DNA of 48,589 nt from a virus. The DNA lies in IMG/VR virus record IMGVR_UViG_3300027987_000509; one strand, given 5' to 3'. Numbering within the stretch: the first letter of the stretch is position 1; every line of letters begins with the position of its first letter. This document shows, piece by piece, positions 46,270-48,589 of the stretch. The notes beneath the pieces were generated by a model. It made no database searches and was not told where the DNA came from. It saw only the letters and a program-made list of their open reading frames with translations. A program made the position numbers and the translations under genes.

Positions 46270-46743
46270 ATGGAGAAAGCCATCGACTTTCTCGCAGACC
46301 AACTCCAGGGCATCACAAAACTTGGCGGCGGTGGTGAAGCGTCGCTTATTGGGTCTGTCAAGGCACAATACTACAGCCAGACAACGCCAATCAGCCACTT
46401 CGCACACGTCACCAGGACAGGCAACAGGGTCTCCGTCACCCCGCACGAACCAACCTTCGTGCCAACCGTAGTGAAGGCACTCCAGCAAGCAGGATTCAAC
46501 GCCTACCAATTTTCGAAAGATACAGCGGTAGTCGAGGTTCAGCCGCCGAGTGGTGATACCAAACGGGAGAAAGGGCAGCGAATCAGGACGATCGGCGAAG
46601 AGACTAAGGTCGCAATCAGAAACATACGAAAACGATGCAAGAAAAGCATCGAGAAGGAGGAGATCAAGGAGCTTCAAGATTTGACAGATAAGGCGATTTC
46701 GGCGGTTGACGAGATCATTGAGCGAAAGCTTTCTTACCTGTAA
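46270..46743 (+). CDS. frr: ribosome recycling factor
   Basis: MEKAIDFL...I..G.AS....VK..YY...TPI...A.V; GEETKVAIRNIR; LQDLTDK.I..VDEI...K. Confidence 0.88.
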   Translation: MEKAIDFLADQLQGITKLGGGGEASLIGSVKAQYYSQTTPISHFAHVTRTGNRVSVTPHEPTFVPTVVKALQQAGFNAYQFSKDTAVVEVQPPSGDTKREKGQRIRTIGEETKVAIRNIRKRCKKSIEKEEIKELQDLTDKAISAVDEIIERKLSYL

Positions 46744-46777
46744 CGAACCTTGAAGCCATGAGACGTGTCCTTTTTAC

Positions 46778-46864
46778 GGAGGGACAAGCCAATTGGCGAT
46801 GGCACCCCGCTCGAACCGGGACGAGGATTAAGCCCCCTTAGGAGTTCGACTCTCCTTCCCTCCG
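46778..46864 (+). tRNA. tRNA-Ser(CGA)
   Basis: Loop CT-CGA-AC, long variable arm, G73; paralog of the tRNA at 44602. Confidence 0.88.
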
Positions 46865-47097
46865 CTTGGGCCTTTGGTCCGCCAAAGACAGCACTGCGTA
46901 AACACGCGGAAGTAAGACGATGATCTGAACTCGTCGTCACGCTTGAGGCACAAGGTCCACCATACAATTCAGAAATCCTGATCCAAGAAGGCAGCCCTGA
47001 TAAGGCGTGACGGCACCAGCCTCAGAAGCTGGCGGCCAAGCTGGAGATTGGTCTTTCTGATCGTTCTTTGACAATTCGAAACAACTGTAGTCCAAGT

Positions 47098-47171
47098 GGC
47101 GATGTAGCTCAACCGGCGAGAGCGGCTGTTTCATACGCAGCAGGTTACTGGTTCAAGTCCAGTCATCGCTA
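47098..47171 (+). tRNA. tRNA-Met(CAT), elongator-type (Ile2 not excluded)
   Basis: GGCGATG/CATCGCT, GCTGT-TTCATAC-GCAGC. Confidence 0.88.
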
Positions 47172-47174
47172 CTC

Positions 47175-47303
47175 GGGAGGACTAGATAGAGATTCAGGTA
47201 AGCATCACTCTCATAAAGTGAAGACTGCTGGTTCGAATCCAGCCTCCGCCACCATCCATGGCGGAGAAGCTAAACGGTAAACATCTTTGTCGTCTTTCCT
47301 CCC
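47175..47303 (+). ncRNA. handle RNA C carrying a circularly permuted tRNA(CAT)
   Basis: GGGAGGA/TCCTCCC and GATAGAGAT/ATCTTTGTC stems enclose AGC, anticodon arm, T arm, CTCCGCC-ACCA, TCCAT, GGCGGAG, GCT. Confidence 0.78.
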
Positions 47304-47539
47304 ACCTTACAAAATCCCGATAGGCCCAAGAAGGTTGCGGGCCACCAGCCCGCCCCGAACGGTTCGATTCCGGCACTCAAGTGGAGCTAGGGTCTGAGGC
47401 TGACATCGGGACCATACAAGTACCAAACGGTGTCCATGACGATTCGTGGTGCAATTGCCGTAAAGCATTCTGGGTATTCAACCCAGCGATACGATGTGGC
47501 GACTCGTCGAATCCGAGAGCTGTGAGGTATTTAACCAGC

Positions 47540-47705
47540 GGAAGCTGGAACACCTGCCCTTGTGGCTGAGGGGATCGGTCGGATCAAAGAAGGAGGAGCG
47601 ATGCCTGCTTGCAGGACGGTTCGCTGGACCTGAGATTCGCCCCAAGAGAACAGAAGTCAAGTGCACAAAGCCGATTTGACTGAAACAGAAAGGTGCCTAG
47701 CTTCC
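47540..47705 (+). ncRNA. unidentified structured ncRNA candidate
   Basis: Ends pair (GGAAGCTGG..CACCT / AGGTG..CTAGCTTCC); internal hairpins; GTATTTAAC motif just upstream. Confidence 0.45.
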
Positions 47706-47709
47706 ATTC

Positions 47710-48049
47710 GGGGGCGATCGGATTCGACTGGTTGTCGGAAGATTGCACCGCGTGCCGTGGTTGGTCAGCAGGCCACGTAAAAAGCCGACCAAAACATAAT
47801 TGCCAAGCACAGCTTCGCAATGGCCGCCTAAAGCGGCCTTGGGTCACCAACTCGCCCTGAGGTGAAGTGACCGACATGCATCGGGGAAAGAAAGCGGTAG
47901 ACTCCCATAAGCCGCTGGTTCAACCCATGGGATGCTGGCCCGCGATTCCGTCGCCGGAAGCAACGGCCTCAAGATAAAGCGGCGACTACGCACGTAGAGG
48001 TGTTATCGGAAGCATTCCCAGGACGAGGGTTCAATTCCCTCCGCCTCCA
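47710..48049 (+). ncRNA. ssrA: tmRNA
   Basis: GGGGGCG...GGATTCGAC 5' end, G3:U70, T arm, CGCCTCC-A; tag frame 47802-47831 reads AKHSFAMAA-stop. Confidence 0.92.
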
Positions 48050-48106
48050 CTCAGTTCCTGCCGCCTCCACCACATTCCGCTCAAACATATGGGTGGAGGT
48101 GGAGCG

Positions 48107-48589
48107 ATGCCGAACTACGTTGAAGTGGTTTGTGAAGGATGTCAGAAACCGTTCAGGAAAGAACGAAAGGAATTCAACAGGAGTGAAAAGCTCGGGAGGA
48201 AACATTTTTGTTCCCGAACTTGCTGCGGTAGACACTCTGGCATCCAAAACATTCCGAAGGTGAAAAGAGAGGATACAAGGGTCACAGTTCATTGTGCGTC
48301 ATGCGGCAAAGAGCTAAAGAGGAAGAAATCACAAGCAAAGCGATCGAAAAACTTCTTCTGTGACAGGAAATGCAAACGAAAGTTTGAGTACGTCGGGCTG
48401 GACAGAGAAAAGAGAAAGTCCAAGACCAGACGTGATCATCTAGAGCAAAAACAAGCATTGCTGGATGAAGTTGGCATTATTTGTCAACACCCAGGGTGTG
48501 AATTGGACCTCATGGATGATCGAAGAATGGTGGATCTACACCATTTCGGAGATAGTTTGGACCACGACAGGACGAAATTGTTGTGTCCA
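48107..48589 (+). CDS. HNH homing-endonuclease-like protein with Zn-finger repeats (partial)
   Basis: Two CxxC...FCxxxC modules, then C..PGC...DLHH...LLCP running off the window. Confidence 0.75.
   Translation, partial: MPNYVEVVCEGCQKPFRKERKEFNRSEKLGRKHFCSRTCCGRHSGIQNIPKVKREDTRVTVHCASCGKELKRKKSQAKRSKNFFCDRKCKRKFEYVGLDREKRKSKTRRDHLEQKQALLDEVGIICQHPGCELDLMDDRRMVDLHHFGDSLDHDRTKLLCP

Noticed and set aside
43873-47303. Handle RNAs as theta/HDV-like, hammerhead, twister or hairpin ribozymes, or BHB splice motifs
   Set aside because: Although they follow tRNAs, I could not fit a nested pseudoknot, a CUGANGA/GAAA core or bulge-helix-bulge geometry by eye; a covariance search is needed to exclude this firmly
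1-48589. Diversity-generating retroelement, retron, integrase or IS element
   Set aside because: No reverse transcriptase, recombinase or transposase motifs and no TR/VR pair were recognised in this window

Overview
This looks like a 48.6 kb piece of a large (jumbo-type) dsDNA phage genome, probably infecting Planctomycetota. The host is inferred from planctomycete-type cytochrome c and secreted proteins; standard code 11 fits. Layout: a glycan-modification cluster (1-7.3 kb), virion/baseplate and 14-aa repeat proteins (7.3-21.6 kb) with a three-gene secreted cytochrome c cassette, many small hypothetical genes, an rmlA/rmlD/rmlB-like operon, and an RNA-rich end (six canonical tRNAs, several tRNA-like RNAs, tmRNA, RRF, cold-shock protein, HNH endonuclease). 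Two things stand out. (1) A ~3.6 kb non-coding array (22573-26210) of about 39 units, each a run of G/GG-initiated pentamers ending in a covarying triloop hairpin plus a pyrimidine tract. Two solo units lie elsewhere and a stand-alone Cas7/RAMP-like gene sits at 33016-33855. Together they form a candidate non-CRISPR RNA-guided system with a gapped code. (2) A five-copy RNA 'handle' (outer stem, internal loop, 9-bp covarying stem, UYAG) that encloses variable cargo, including two circularly permuted tRNAs. All calls were made by eye; no searches were run.
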